Shown one piece after another: positions 29,277 through 38,771 of a DNA stretch of 64,000 nucleotides (its first letter is position 1; each line of letters starts with the position of its first letter). The stretch is from Candidatus Yanofskybacteria bacterium (lineage in GTDB: Bacteria; Patescibacteriota; Minisyncoccia; 2-02-FULL-40-12; IGHO2-12-FULL-4): assembly GCA_016185525.1 (NCBI GenBank), contig JACPNK010000005.1, forward strand, positions 28,473 to 92,472, given 5' to 3'. A program made the translations under genes and the position numbers. Under the pieces are notes generated by a model. The model saw only the letters and a list, made by a program, of their open reading frames with translations. It was not told where the DNA came from and did not search any database.

Positions 29277-30939
29277 GCCTAGAACCTAGAACCTGAAAGC
29301 TAGAAGCTATCAGTACACTTAAACTAGCCAGTAAAATTGGCCAATCTCCTAGTTTATTATACAATGTTTTCTTGCTATTTAATACAATGTCGCCTGTTAA
29401 TATCTGAAATCCCTGCACTTGGAACGGATAAGTGCTTTCAGCACGAGAGTGCAAATCCGTTCCAAGTGAGGGGTCAAAACCCGTTTCGGAAGCTTCTCTT
29501 GAGATTTTTCCCGAGCCCGAAACCACAAAAGATGGTCCATAATTTGCGGCATAGATTAGGTATTTGTTGTTTTCAGCGGCGCGCAAAGAAGCCATAGCTT
29601 TAACTTGTCTGATTAAGTCTTTGGAACCGTTAGCAAAAGCGAAACTGCCTTGCACAGCTATGAGTTGTCCGCCAGACAAGGAAATATTTCTGGCCAAAGA
29701 CGGCGAAGAAATATCGGAACAAACCAAAGCCCCTACCCCCACCTGAGGACTGTCCTCAGTAAGATTGGGAAAATTAATAGCGGAGGGTGGCTGATGACCG
29801 CTTTGTAGCTCTTCAAAATTTTTAAGCTCTTCGGAATCAATGCCTAAAACTTTATCTAACAGGCGGAAGAGATAAGGCGCGTATTCCCCTCCCGGAGTCA
29901 AGAGTTTTTTGTCATAATCTCCAACCACGCCGCTTTTGGAATCCAAGTATATGGTTTTAGATTTTTTCAGAAAATTTTCCTGGATATGCGAGTTGTCTAT
30001 GATGGCGGTTTTGGAAGAAAATAGATTGTTGAAAAAAAGGCCGACATTCAAAGTATTGCCGAATAAACTTATGTTAGTAAAAAAATTGCTGGCTTCGGGA
30101 AAAACTATCAGTTTGGTTTCGGGTTCTTCTCTACTTATTTTATTCATCAGTTCAAGCTGTTTTTTGAAAAAAGAAAGCTGTTCTTGGGGGCTGTAGTTTT
30201 TTTTGCTTGGGATATAACTTTGAATGACCGCTACTTTAATCTTTTCGGCATTATTGTTGGAAGGAACGAACCAGTCAAATGGAAAGTAAGAAAGAGAAGT
30301 TAAAACAGCGATAAAAATCCAAAGTTTTTTGTATTGTCTTTTTTCCAAAAAAAGAAAAATTAAAACGGCGGCGAGAGCGACAAAAAAAGTAACGCCGTAA
30401 ATGCCAAGCAGAGACGATAACTTAAGAATCAAAGTGTTAGCATGCAAGTTGTAAGCAAGATTGCCGGCTGTCCAATCGGGTGAAATTGTATTGCCCGGGC
30501 TGAACCAGAGAATTGAAATTATAAATGATCTTAAATACTCAAACCAAACAAATATTGAAGGAAAAACAATCAAAGATGTCCAGCTTGTTTTCTTCTCAAT
30601 TTTCTTGAAAAGCCAAAATGCCGTTGCCCAGAGAAATGACATTGCCAGAGCGGTCAAAAGCCAAGCGAAAGCTATCAAACCGGCGGCAAGGTAGTGATTT
30701 TCAAAACCGAGTCCTTCAAGAGGATAAGTGTCCCAAAACCATCTGAAGACGAATAAGAAATAAACCAAACCAAACCAAAAGCCGGTTGAAAAAGCTTTCT
30801 GCGGGCGGATTTCAAGAAAAACAAAGAGAAGTATTAAAGCAAAAAATACCAGCCAGCCTAAGCCGAAAAAAGGCAAAGAAAAAGCCAAAATTAAACCGCC
30901 TAAAACTGCAAAGATAAGATTTGGCTTAATTTTCTCCAT
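29260..30939 (-). CDS. lnt: Apolipoprotein N-acyltransferase (Lnt-like)
   Basis: Multi-TM N-terminus, GIYGVTF, nitrilase triad VFPEA / YDKKLLTPGGEY / LVCSD, LRAAEN. Confidence 0.82.
   Translation of the reverse strand: MEKIKPNLIFAVLGGLILAFSLPFFGLGWLVFFALILLFVFLEIRPQKAFSTGFWFGLVYFLFVFRWFWDTYPLEGLGFENHYLAAGLIAFAWLLTALAMSFLWATAFWLFKKIEKKTSWTSLIVFPSIFVWFEYLRSFIISILWFSPGNTISPDWTAGNLAYNLHANTLILKLSSLLGIYGVTFFVALAAVLIFLFLEKRQYKKLWIFIAVLTSLSYFPFDWFVPSNNNAEKIKVAVIQSYIPSKKNYSPQEQLSFFKKQLELMNKISREEPETKLIVFPEASNFFTNISLFGNTLNVGLFFNNLFSSKTAIIDNSHIQENFLKKSKTIYLDSKSGVVGDYDKKLLTPGGEYAPYLFRLLDKVLGIDSEELKNFEELQSGHQPPSAINFPNLTEDSPQVGVGALVCSDISSPSLARNISLSGGQLIAVQGSFAFANGSKDLIRQVKAMASLRAAENNKYLIYAANYGPSFVVSGSGKISREASETGFDPSLGTDLHSRAESTYPFQVQGFQILTGDIVLNSKKTLYNKLGDWPILLASLSVLIASSFQVLGSRHDKII
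29278..29309 (-). repeat. Heptamer tandem repeat, right flank, inverted relative to the left flank
   Basis: CCTAGAA CCTAGAA CCTGAAA GCTAGAA GCTA. Confidence 0.85.
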
Positions 30940-31694
30940 TCATTTAATGTCAGCGACTCCGGACGCCTTTTTTCGTCAATGCCGGCTTCTTGAAGCTTTT
31001 TTCCAAGGGCCGCCCTTGGAAGGCTTAGTCCGGCGGAGAGACTGTTTAATAATTGTTTTCTTTTGCCGTTGAAAGCCAAACGGGCTAATTTCATAATTTT
31101 TTCAACTTGTTCTTTTTCCGTCGGACCTTGGTCTTTAGGTGTCATTTTTATTAAAGCCGAATCAACTTTCGGTACTGGCCGGAAATTTCCTTTGGAAATA
31201 TATTTTAAAATTTTTGCGTCTGCGTAGAACCGAACCGACAAAGCCAGCAAACTCATTTTGGAAGGTTTAGCGACTATTCTTTGGGCTACTTCTTTCTGTA
31301 CCATGAACAAAATTAACTTTGGTGAAGGCCATTCGCTAAGCACTCTTCTTAAAAGTTGCGATGTCAAATAATAAGGGATATTCCCCACTACCTTGTATTT
31401 CCAAGGTTCGACCTTGATCAGATTAAGGTCGAACCTTAATATGTCTCCCTCAATCATTGTAACATTTTTTTGATTTTTAAACTTGGTTTGTAGAACCGGA
31501 ACTAAGTTTCGGTCTTTTTCAACGGCAATAATTTTTGCTCCGGTTTCCGCCAGTTTTTCGGTCAACAGACCTGTGCCGGCGCCGACTTCCAGCACAGTGT
31601 CGCTAGCTGAAATTTCAGCCATTTCAACTATGGATTTAAGTATACTGGCGTTTCTTAGAAAATTTTGACCCAATTTTCTTGACGGCCTTATCAT
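30900..31694 (-). CDS. rsmA: 16S rRNA dimethyladenosine transferase RsmA/KsgA
   Basis: LGQNFL, VLEVGAGTGLLT, VGNIPYY, MVQKEVA, FRPVPKVDS. Confidence 0.96.
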   Translation of the reverse strand: MIRPSRKLGQNFLRNASILKSIVEMAEISASDTVLEVGAGTGLLTEKLAETGAKIIAVEKDRNLVPVLQTKFKNQKNVTMIEGDILRFDLNLIKVEPWKYKVVGNIPYYLTSQLLRRVLSEWPSPKLILFMVQKEVAQRIVAKPSKMSLLALSVRFYADAKILKYISKGNFRPVPKVDSALIKMTPKDQGPTEKEQVEKIMKLARLAFNGKRKQLLNSLSAGLSLPRAALGKKLQEAGIDEKRRPESLTLNEWRKLSQILSLQF

Positions 31695-31706
31695 GCTTGT
31701 ATCTTA

Positions 31707-31870
31707 TTTAGCGCAGCAGACACAGCCTCTGAAGTCGCTGAGGAGGCAGTTTGCATGGTTGAGATTAAGTATAGTTATTCTTAACTTAATCTCAAAACTG
31801 CCGACGTCGCGAGCGAACGGAGTCGCTGGCGTAGTGAGCGTGCTGAAGAGGCTGTGTCTGCGAAGCTAAA
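31707..31870. repeat. ~155-nt structured dispersed element, copy 1
   Basis: Terminal IR GCAGACACAGCCTCT/AGAGGCTGTGTCTGC; reverse-complement copy at 45442-45599. Confidence 0.9.
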
Positions 31871-31876
31871 AAGTTC

Positions 31877-34800
31877 CTAGTCATAATCTATAAAATCTTC
31901 GTAATTAAAGTCCCGCCTAAACGGTTTTTTTGTATTTTCAGATATAAAATCTTCGGGTATTTCAGAGACGAATCTTGAAACCGGATTAAATTGAGACGAA
32001 CCATAAACCATGCGGTTTTGGCAGTGAGTCAAATAAAGTTTTTCTTTGGCTCTGGTGATTCCAACATAGCAAAGTCTTCTCTCTTCCTCCAACTCAACCG
32101 GATCAGTAATTGATCTGGGATGAGGAAACAGACCTTCTTCCATGCCTGCTAAAAAAACGGTTGGAAATTCCAGGCCTTTGGAAGCGTGCATGGTCATCAG
32201 GGTTGCGCTTTTTTCTTGGTTTTTAATTTGGTCGGTTTCTTGTATCAACGAAACCTCTTCCAGAAAAACCGGCAGAGATTCGCGCGACTTTAGGTTGTCG
32301 TATTTTGACGTAACTGTCAGAAGTTCTTTTACGTTCTCCCAGCGGGATTCGTGGTCAACAGTTTTTTCCTGAAGGTATTTTTGGTAGTCAATATTTTGGA
32401 GGAGTTTTTTTATGAGTTTTGAAAGGTAAGACTCGTCTAGTTTTTCTTCCAAAGCATTTATGGTTTTGCTCAATGAAGCCAAACCGGACAAAGCTTTCTT
32501 ATCTAATTCTTCTCTGTGATTTTTGAAAAGCTCAAAAACATTTCCGGCAGATTTTTGTTTTTGAATTTCCAGTATCCTTTCAAATGTTTTCTTGCCGATT
32601 CCTCTGCTTGGTACGTTGTGAATTCTTTCTAAACTAAAGTTGTCGCTCGGATTGAGCAGAAGCCTTAGATAAGCCAAGACGTCTTTAATTTCTTTTCTTT
32701 CATAAAATTTTAAGCCGCCAATAATTTTGTAGGGCAGACCGGCTTTCAGCATGGCTTCTTCAACAGCGCGGGACTGGGCGTGAGTGCGGTATAAAACACA
32801 AAAGTTGTTTAAGTCTTGTCCTTTTTTTAGTCCCTTTTTTATTTCGTCGGTTATAAATTTACCCTCTTCTCTTTCATTTCCTAATTCGGCAAGCAGTATT
32901 TTTTCGCCTTCCTGATTTTCAGTCCAGAGATTTTTGTGTCTTTGGAATTTATTGTTTGAAATAATATTTTGGGCGGCGGCTAAGATGTTCTGGGTTGAGC
33001 GGTAGTTTTGCTCCAAAAAAACAATTTTTGCCTCCGGATAGTCTCTTTCAAAACTTAAAATGTTGCGCAAATCTGCTTGTCGGAATCCGTAAATAGAGTT
33101 ATGGACAGCAAAATTGTTGGCAGTATAAGTGTGTGTTCTTTCAATATCTAGGTCGTAAACGGGGCCGTTATAATCAATTTTTTTAATATCAATGATTTTT
33201 TCGTTAACAAATTTTTTACCGTTAAAAACAGGAACAACCATGTGGGAATGCAAGTGAGATGCAGGCATAAAGTCAAAGTTAATGTCGGTGATTAAGGCGT
33301 GTTTTGTGACTTCAACGCCACACAATTCGGCTATTTGGCCGGCAAATTCTTCTGCCTTTTTATTATCGGCAAATACTTTCTCAATTCGCCAAGTATTAGC
33401 TTTGCCTTTTCTGACTTTCAGTCCGGAGTCTGTGAGTAATTTTCTAATTTTTTTGTTTTGGTTGTTTATACTGACTCTTGCTCTCCGTGACTTTGCTCTA
33501 GTTCCGCCATCGGAAGATGAAAAGTAGCACAGATTAACGGAAGTTCTCTTGGTTTGAAATTTTGTGGTTCCTTGCGGTCGGTGGTGGGGATAACTAAACG
33601 ACAAATCCAGATCAAGCATTAATTTTTTAGCGCGTTCAGCGCTTGGTATTTCTCGGAAAAGCTTTTCAATTTGTTTTTGGGTAATTAAACCGGAATCCGG
33701 GCCATTGCCTCTGTCAGCAAAAAAGACGGTAGTGGGTATGCCATAGTTAAAAGCATAATAAGACTCCCAAAAATGAGCTTCGGAACGGTTAGGCGAAAGT
33801 TTTAGAATCCACATTTTGTCAGCTCTTTCTTGATTAGCCCGCACATTTAGTCCAAGTCTGCTTTTGTTTTTTTTTATCTGTCTTATTCCCACAGTAACGC
33901 CTATTCTGTATCCTAATTTCTTAGAATACATCAAGTAAGTAAGAAAAAAATTTTTAGAGGGAAGAAGTTTACTAAACAAAATATGGTTGGGGGTGGTTTG
34001 TAAGACATTTCCATTTGCAGTGGTTATTTCCAGTAGCGGCCCCTTATATCGAAATCTTCTTGCATTTAATACTTTTGCCGGGCGAGTTAAACTTCTTCCG
34101 GCTGGCGACAAAATGTTCTCCCCTTTACTGACTTTTTCAATCTCTTTTAAGCCCTTTTCGGTTTTAATTTTTGTTTTTGGCGGAAAACATTGGTAATCAT
34201 CCCCAACAGCCATGATATTTTTGTGTTTTTGAGCCAGCATTTTCAGAAAAAGATACTGCGGTTTGTTGGTGTCCTGATATTCATCAACCAAAATGTATCT
34301 AAAGCGGTCTTGGTATTTTTCCAGTATGCTTTTTCCCTGTTTTAACATTTTTACGGTCCAAAAAAGCAGATCGTCAAAATCCATAGCGTTGCTGTTTTCC
34401 AAGTTTTTCTGGTAGAGAGGATAAATTTTAGCGACGATTTTTTCAAAAAATTCCTTAGCCGAGCCGCTGTATTCAGCCGGTCCGGCCAGGTTGGTTTTGG
34501 CTTCAGATATTCTGGCAAGCACGGCGCGGGGATTTGTTTTTTTTGTGTCAATTTCCAGTTCTTCCATTACTTTCTTGATAACGCCAAGCTGATCCTCGGT
34601 ATCGTAAATGACAAAGTTGGAAGTGTAAGGCGAGTTAAATTTTCCGATTTCGTTTCTTAACAACCTTGCCGATATGGAGTGAAACGTCCCCAGCATAGGA
34701 AAACCTAAATTTTGAATTTTGCCTGCCCCGCCGTTGGCGTATGACCTGGGGAATTTTGAATTTTGAATTAAGCTTATAACCCGCTCCCTCATCTCCCCCG

Positions 34801-34993
34801 CGGCTTTGTTTGTGAAAGTAACCGCTAAGATATTTTCTGGTCTTACTCCCTGCTGGATTAAGTGAGCAGTCCGATGGGTCAGCACCTTTGTTTTACCGCT
34901 GCCAGCGGCGGCAATAACCAAAACCGGACCCTCTGTGGCCCGTACCGCTTCAACTTGTTTTTCGTTTAAACCCTCAAAAAGATTTTTAGACAT
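31877..34993 (-). CDS. pcrA: UvrD/PcrA SF1 DNA helicase, intein-containing
   Basis: AAAGSGKT, TFTNKAA, VDEYQDTN, VGDDYQ|SIYGFR, LEQNYRS, MTMHASKGLEF, EEERRLCYVGITRA; spliced length 674 aa. Confidence 0.93.
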   Translation of the reverse strand: MSKNLFEGLNEKQVEAVRATEGPVLVIAAAGSGKTKVLTHRTAHLIQQGVRPENILAVTFTNKAAGEMRERVISLIQNSKFPRSYANGGAGKIQNLGFPMLGTFHSISARLLRNEIGKFNSPYTSNFVIYDTEDQLGVIKKVMEELEIDTKKTNPRAVLARISEAKTNLAGPAEYSGSAKEFFEKIVAKIYPLYQKNLENSNAMDFDDLLFWTVKMLKQGKSILEKYQDRFRYILVDEYQDTNKPQYLFLKMLAQKHKNIMAVGDDYQCFPPKTKIKTEKGLKEIEKVSKGENILSPAGRSLTRPAKVLNARRFRYKGPLLEITTANGNVLQTTPNHILFSKLLPSKNFFLTYLMYSKKLGYRIGVTVGIRQIKKNKSRLGLNVRANQERADKMWILKLSPNRSEAHFWESYYAFNYGIPTTVFFADRGNGPDSGLITQKQIEKLFREIPSAERAKKLMLDLDLSFSYPHHRPQGTTKFQTKRTSVNLCYFSSSDGGTRAKSRRARVSINNQNKKIRKLLTDSGLKVRKGKANTWRIEKVFADNKKAEEFAGQIAELCGVEVTKHALITDINFDFMPASHLHSHMVVPVFNGKKFVNEKIIDIKKIDYNGPVYDLDIERTHTYTANNFAVHNSIYGFRQADLRNILSFERDYPEAKIVFLEQNYRSTQNILAAAQNIISNNKFQRHKNLWTENQEGEKILLAELGNEREEGKFITDEIKKGLKKGQDLNNFCVLYRTHAQSRAVEEAMLKAGLPYKIIGGLKFYERKEIKDVLAYLRLLLNPSDNFSLERIHNVPSRGIGKKTFERILEIQKQKSAGNVFELFKNHREELDKKALSGLASLSKTINALEEKLDESYLSKLIKKLLQNIDYQKYLQEKTVDHESRWENVKELLTVTSKYDNLKSRESLPVFLEEVSLIQETDQIKNQEKSATLMTMHASKGLEFPTVFLAGMEEGLFPHPRSITDPVELEEERRLCYVGITRAKEKLYLTHCQNRMVYGSSQFNPVSRFVSEIPEDFISENTKKPFRRDFNYEDFIDYD
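33098..34189 (-). mobile_element. Intein (364 aa) in helicase motif III
   Basis: Starts CFPPKTKI; block B TTPNHILF; ends VYDLDI...NFAVHN followed by Ser. Confidence 0.92.
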
Positions 34994-35064
34994 GTAAACT
35001 CTTTTGGTTCTATCATATTTTTGAGCTGATTAAAAACAAAAAACCAGATTTGCTGATTTATTTG

Positions 35065-35136
35065 TATCCCCGGACCGATTTGAACGGTCGGCCTCTTCCT
35101 TCGGAGGGAAGCGCTCTTCCGCTGAGCTACGGGGAC
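35065..35136 (-). tRNA. tRNA-Arg(CCG)
   Basis: GTCCCCG acceptor stem; anticodon arm CTTCC-CT CCG AA-GGAAG; T-loop TTCAAAT. Confidence 0.9.
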
Positions 35137-35178
35137 GATTCCAACGAGATAAATTTTTTCTTGCGAGTTGCCAGATGA

Positions 35179-35592
35179 TTATTTAATTTTTTCTAAGTCA
35201 CCGTTTATAATGACTGGCTTAACGGCCTCAATCTCTGACTTGTAATACGGTATTTCTGGAATAGGATTGTACAAAAATATTTTCTGACCTAAAACATGAG
35301 CAAATCCTATTTCCATTAACGTATTGCCGCCGATATAGTATTGAATGTTGTTCTTGTCCAGGTTCATTACTAATATGGCGTCTGCTCCCTGCATTAATTT
35401 CCAGAATTCTTTTATAGCATCCAAATTATATTTTTGATGAAGTTTGATTTTCTCTATTTCTTCATCAGATTTGCCAATGAAAGGATCTGCAAGATTTGTG
35501 AGAAAAGCATCGTGTCCATATTTAACAAGCTCATCACGAGCTTCAATCATTTTTTCTGTATATTGCATACTGCCAACAACTCCAATTCTCAT
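35179..35592 (-). CDS. Hypothetical protein, nucleoside deoxyribosyltransferase-like fold
   Basis: VVGSM...ADAILVMN...YIGGNTLMEIGFA..LGQKIFLYN; lies between tRNA genes. Confidence 0.6.
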   Translation of the reverse strand: MRIGVVGSMQYTEKMIEARDELVKYGHDAFLTNLADPFIGKSDEEIEKIKLHQKYNLDAIKEFWKLMQGADAILVMNLDKNNIQYYIGGNTLMEIGFAHVLGQKIFLYNPIPEIPYYKSEIEAVKPVIINGDLEKIK

Positions 35593-35629
35593 AATTATTT
35601 TTGTTGTATTTGTCTCCTGTTAGAAATGC

Positions 35630-35704
35630 TGGTGGACCCGAGGGGAATTGCACCCCTGACCCCTGCAATGCGAATGCAATGCTCTGCTGCTGAGCTACGG
35701 GCCC
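35630..35704 (-). tRNA. tRNA-Ala(CGC)
   Basis: GGGCCCG/CGGGTCC with G3-U70; anticodon loop TT CGC AT; encoded CCA. Confidence 0.88.
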
Positions 35705-35713
35705 GTCTCTTAG

Positions 35714-35784
35714 TCGGAATGCCGGAATTCGAATCCGGACTACCACCACCCGAAGATGGCGTGCTACCGTTACACCACATTCCG
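35714..35784 (-). tRNA. tRNA-Pro(CGG)
   Basis: C1-G72, A73; anticodon arm CCATC-TT CGG GT-GGTGG; T-loop TTCGAAT. Confidence 0.88.
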
Positions 35785-37230
35785 TTATTCCACAAAATGT
35801 TTTTGCTTGATTTTTTTAACTTCTTTTTCCTCTTCTTCTGTTATTTTTTCTTTGCCCGCTTGGGCCAGTTTTAGTATTTCTTTTTCTGACAATTTATTTA
35901 ACTCAGCAGAGCGCTTGTTCAGGTATTCTGCACTGTTTTTGCCGGGATCTTCCAATACCTCATTCATCAAGGCGTTAATGATCATACCAACTTTTGGTCC
36001 GGGACTAATTTTGAGCAGCTGCATAAGTTGATTGCCGTTGATTTTTAGCATTTTTGGCGAAAGTGGGTCGCGAGCCACTTTGTCAATCATAAACTGCAGG
36101 TGGCGCAGTTTGTAAGGTTTTGCTTTAGGCGTGCCGGAACCGATTCGATCAGCTTCTCTGACCTTGATTAAATCTTCAACATTTTCTTTGCCGATGTTTG
36201 CCACCAGCCGTCTGACCGAACTTTCGGTAACTTCGCCGACATTGTAGTAAAACAGATGCCATCTTACCAGCTTAATAATTTTTTCAGCCTGCTTTTGCGG
36301 AAACTTTAAGCGATCTAAAACTTGGGCGGTCATTTTGGCGCCAATCATTTCATGGGCGTAAAAAGTTGAATTCCGACCCATTCCCCTTTTTGACCTTGGT
36401 TTGCCGACATCGTGCAGGAGTGAAGCCAGTCTGACTTCTACGGAATAATTTTTTGAACAAGCGTAATCAAGAGCGCGGATATTGTGTTCCCAAACGGTGT
36501 AAATATGGTGCAGGTTTTGCTCAACCCCGACTCCTTCAAGCAATTCTGGCAAGGCGTATTGCATAAGCTCGGTTTCCCGCAATAGCTCTGCGCCTTTCTT
36601 AGCGTCCCGGCTTTCAACTATTTTCACTAGCTCGTCGCGGATTCTTTCTTTTGATATTATTTTCATCAAAGAATGTTTGTTTTTTATCGCTTCAAGAGTT
36701 TTCTCTTCAATAGTAAAGTTAAGCGAAGCGGCAAATCTTACGGCGCGCATCATGCGTAGAGCATCTTCGGAAAATCTTTCTTCCGGATCGCCGACTGCCC
36801 TTATGACTTTTTCCTTTAAATCTTTTTGTCCGTCAAACAAGTCGGTAACTTTGCCTTCTTTATCCATTGCTAAAGCGTTTATCGTGAAGTCGCGCCTCTT
36901 TAAATCTTCTTCCAATTTCTCGGCAAACCTTATTTTATCCGGATGTCTTTTGTCGGTATATTTTGACTCTATGCGGTAAGTGGTAACTTCCACCACCAAA
37001 GTTTTTTCTTCCTGACCTGTTTTTACACCCACAGTGCCGAAATCATTTTCATAAAAACTATCGGGAAAAATTTTCTGAATTTCTTCAGGCTTGGCGTTGG
37101 TGGTTATGTCCCAGTCAGTCGGCTCTTTGCCTAGCAACAAATCGCGCACACATCCACCCACGACAAAAGCCTGAAAATTGTTTTCTTCCAGTTTTTCCAG
37201 AATTGATTTTACTTCTTTGGGTAAAGTCAT
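35785..37230 (-). CDS. cca: CCA tRNA nucleotidyltransferase with HD domain
   Basis: VGGCVRDLLLG..DWDITT, EDLKRRDFTINA, RFSEDALRMMRAVRF, ERIRDEL, LLHDVGK. Confidence 0.92.
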   Translation of the reverse strand: MTLPKEVKSILEKLEENNFQAFVVGGCVRDLLLGKEPTDWDITTNAKPEEIQKIFPDSFYENDFGTVGVKTGQEEKTLVVEVTTYRIESKYTDKRHPDKIRFAEKLEEDLKRRDFTINALAMDKEGKVTDLFDGQKDLKEKVIRAVGDPEERFSEDALRMMRAVRFAASLNFTIEEKTLEAIKNKHSLMKIISKERIRDELVKIVESRDAKKGAELLRETELMQYALPELLEGVGVEQNLHHIYTVWEHNIRALDYACSKNYSVEVRLASLLHDVGKPRSKRGMGRNSTFYAHEMIGAKMTAQVLDRLKFPQKQAEKIIKLVRWHLFYYNVGEVTESSVRRLVANIGKENVEDLIKVREADRIGSGTPKAKPYKLRHLQFMIDKVARDPLSPKMLKINGNQLMQLLKISPGPKVGMIINALMNEVLEDPGKNSAEYLNKRSAELNKLSEKEILKLAQAGKEKITEEEEKEVKKIKQKHFVE

Positions 37231-37305
37231 GTTGTAAATTTAACTGTGGCTAGGACTTACTTACGTTACTATTGCACTGTTTATAACTATTTGTTAGTAT
37301 ACTAG

Positions 37306-37344
37306 TGACAGGCGTCGACCGTTTGGTCTATGGCCTGTTTTTTG
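37306..37344 (+). ncRNA. Candidate ~40-nt sRNA convergent with the DUF3800-like gene
   Basis: TTGCAC-N17-TAGTAT (37272-37300) followed by bulged hairpin ACAGGC-gtc-GACC-gttt-GGTC-tatg-GCCTGT and a T-run. Confidence 0.45.
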
Positions 37345-37345
37345 T

Positions 37346-38110
37346 TTATTTAAATGAGTTTTTAGTGCCCTTGAATATGCTAATTTTAAACTTTTCTTTC
37401 AAAAATTTATCTTGTCGATTCCCTCGTTTATCAATAAAGAATGAACCATTTTCTATACCGAGTTTCTCTTGTAAAAAGTCTAGTAATTTTGACTTAAGAT
37501 TTGGGTGTTTTTTGAGGATACTATCTTGAATTTTGAGGTCGTAAAGCACTGCACCGAGCAGTAGATCGGTTAGTTGCAAAAGATCGGAAGATTTTGAATT
37601 TATTTGCAAGAATCCGGCAATAACTATCTTTTTATAATGATCGTTTACTATGCCACGAGTTGCTAGTTCCAAGTTTATACCATCAGGATAAAAATAATCA
37701 TCAGCCAGTACCGTACATATTTGATTGTCACCATTTCCAATGTTTCTCTTAAGAAGATCTACTGTAAAAGAACGGTAAACCTTTAAAAGGTTGTTGTTAA
37801 AATAAGTTTTAAAGTCCAACTCGTTCTTTTTGAGAATAATAGAGCTAAATACAGCGGAAGGATCTTTAAAGAAAGCTTCAAATCCCTGCTTTATGATTTC
37901 ATATTTAAGCGGACTCACTTTGTTCCATTTTAGTTCTTCATAAAAGTGAAGTTTGTCACGCAAGGTTCTTATTTTTCTCTGTAGTTCATGGGGCCGTTCT
38001 GTTCTGATTACGCCCAATGCAAAATATGGGTCATCACCTTTTTTTAATATACCAGTTTCATCTAGGAAAAATACTGGCAATTTTATTTTTTTGAAGTCGT
38101 TATCTATCAT
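37346..38110 (-). CDS. DUF3800-like protein (RNase H-like acidic motifs)
   Basis: FFLDETG...YFALG...ELKW...SKSSDLLQLTDLLLGAV. Confidence 0.75.
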   Translation of the reverse strand: MIDNDFKKIKLPVFFLDETGILKKGDDPYFALGVIRTERPHELQRKIRTLRDKLHFYEELKWNKVSPLKYEIIKQGFEAFFKDPSAVFSSIILKKNELDFKTYFNNNLLKVYRSFTVDLLKRNIGNGDNQICTVLADDYFYPDGINLELATRGIVNDHYKKIVIAGFLQINSKSSDLLQLTDLLLGAVLYDLKIQDSILKKHPNLKSKLLDFLQEKLGIENGSFFIDKRGNRQDKFLKEKFKISIFKGTKNSFK

Positions 38111-38164
38111 TTATTTTTTGTGGAATTATACAACTCTGCTTGAACATTTTTTGAAGAGAACTAA

Positions 38165-38300
38165 CCGCCTCTGCGGAGTTTATCCCGCACCGAGCTTGCT
38201 CTGGTGCGGGGCTCCGGCGGAACGCTCGGGCGCGGCGGAATTCCCCCCACACTCTCTTCCGTCGCGTCCTCGCGGGAGGCCAAAATTTTTTCGGCACCAA
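38165..38300. repeat. GC-rich palindromic (REP-like) element at the island boundary
   Basis: Stem CCCGCACC-GAGC/GCTC-TGGTGCGGG plus CGGAG/CTCCG; GC content far above flanks. Confidence 0.55.
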
Positions 38301-38771
38301 CTATAATGACTGCCGCAATTCCGATACTTTTAGTGTAGCTTCTCTCGGCACATTTTCAAAATTAGTTTTTGCGTCCTCAATAAACCAATCACGAATTTCG
38401 AGAGGATATAAAAGTAATTGTGGCAGACCTTTTGTATTGTACCAAATCGGATTGTAAAAATTTGTATTACTTTCTTTCATATCTCGCGCCTCGTTTCCGT
38501 CGCCAAGTTTTGGCTCGCCGGAAACATATCGACAAAGATAGAAAAATTGCTCAGTGTTGTCGTCGTAAATGTGATGGTAAAGCAATTTTTCTATCTTTAC
38601 TTCAAGTGATGTTTCCTCTTGGACTTCGCGTAAAACCGCCTGCTCGACAGTTTCACCATTTTCTATGCCGCCGCCAGGAAAGACATGATATTCTTTTCCG
38701 TTGTTTATGCGGTGCATTAGTAAAATCTTTCTATTATTTACTATTATGGCGACGGCGCGGATTCTTTTCAT
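38301..38771 (-). CDS. NUDIX hydrolase
   Basis: Nudix box GGGIENGETVEQAVLREVQEETSL. Confidence 0.92.
   Translation of the reverse strand: MKRIRAVAIIVNNRKILLMHRINNGKEYHVFPGGGIENGETVEQAVLREVQEETSLEVKIEKLLYHHIYDDNTEQFFYLCRYVSGEPKLGDGNEARDMKESNTNFYNPIWYNTKGLPQLLLYPLEIRDWFIEDAKTNFENVPREATLKVSELRQSL

Noticed and set aside
35434-35874. ORFs at 35434-35874, 35543-35749 and 35595-35795
   Set aside because: They overlap tRNA-Ala and tRNA-Pro; shadow frames
38100-38306. ORFs 38100-38300 (-) and 37953-38306 (+)
   Set aside because: Translations of a GC-rich palindromic element and of antisense sequence
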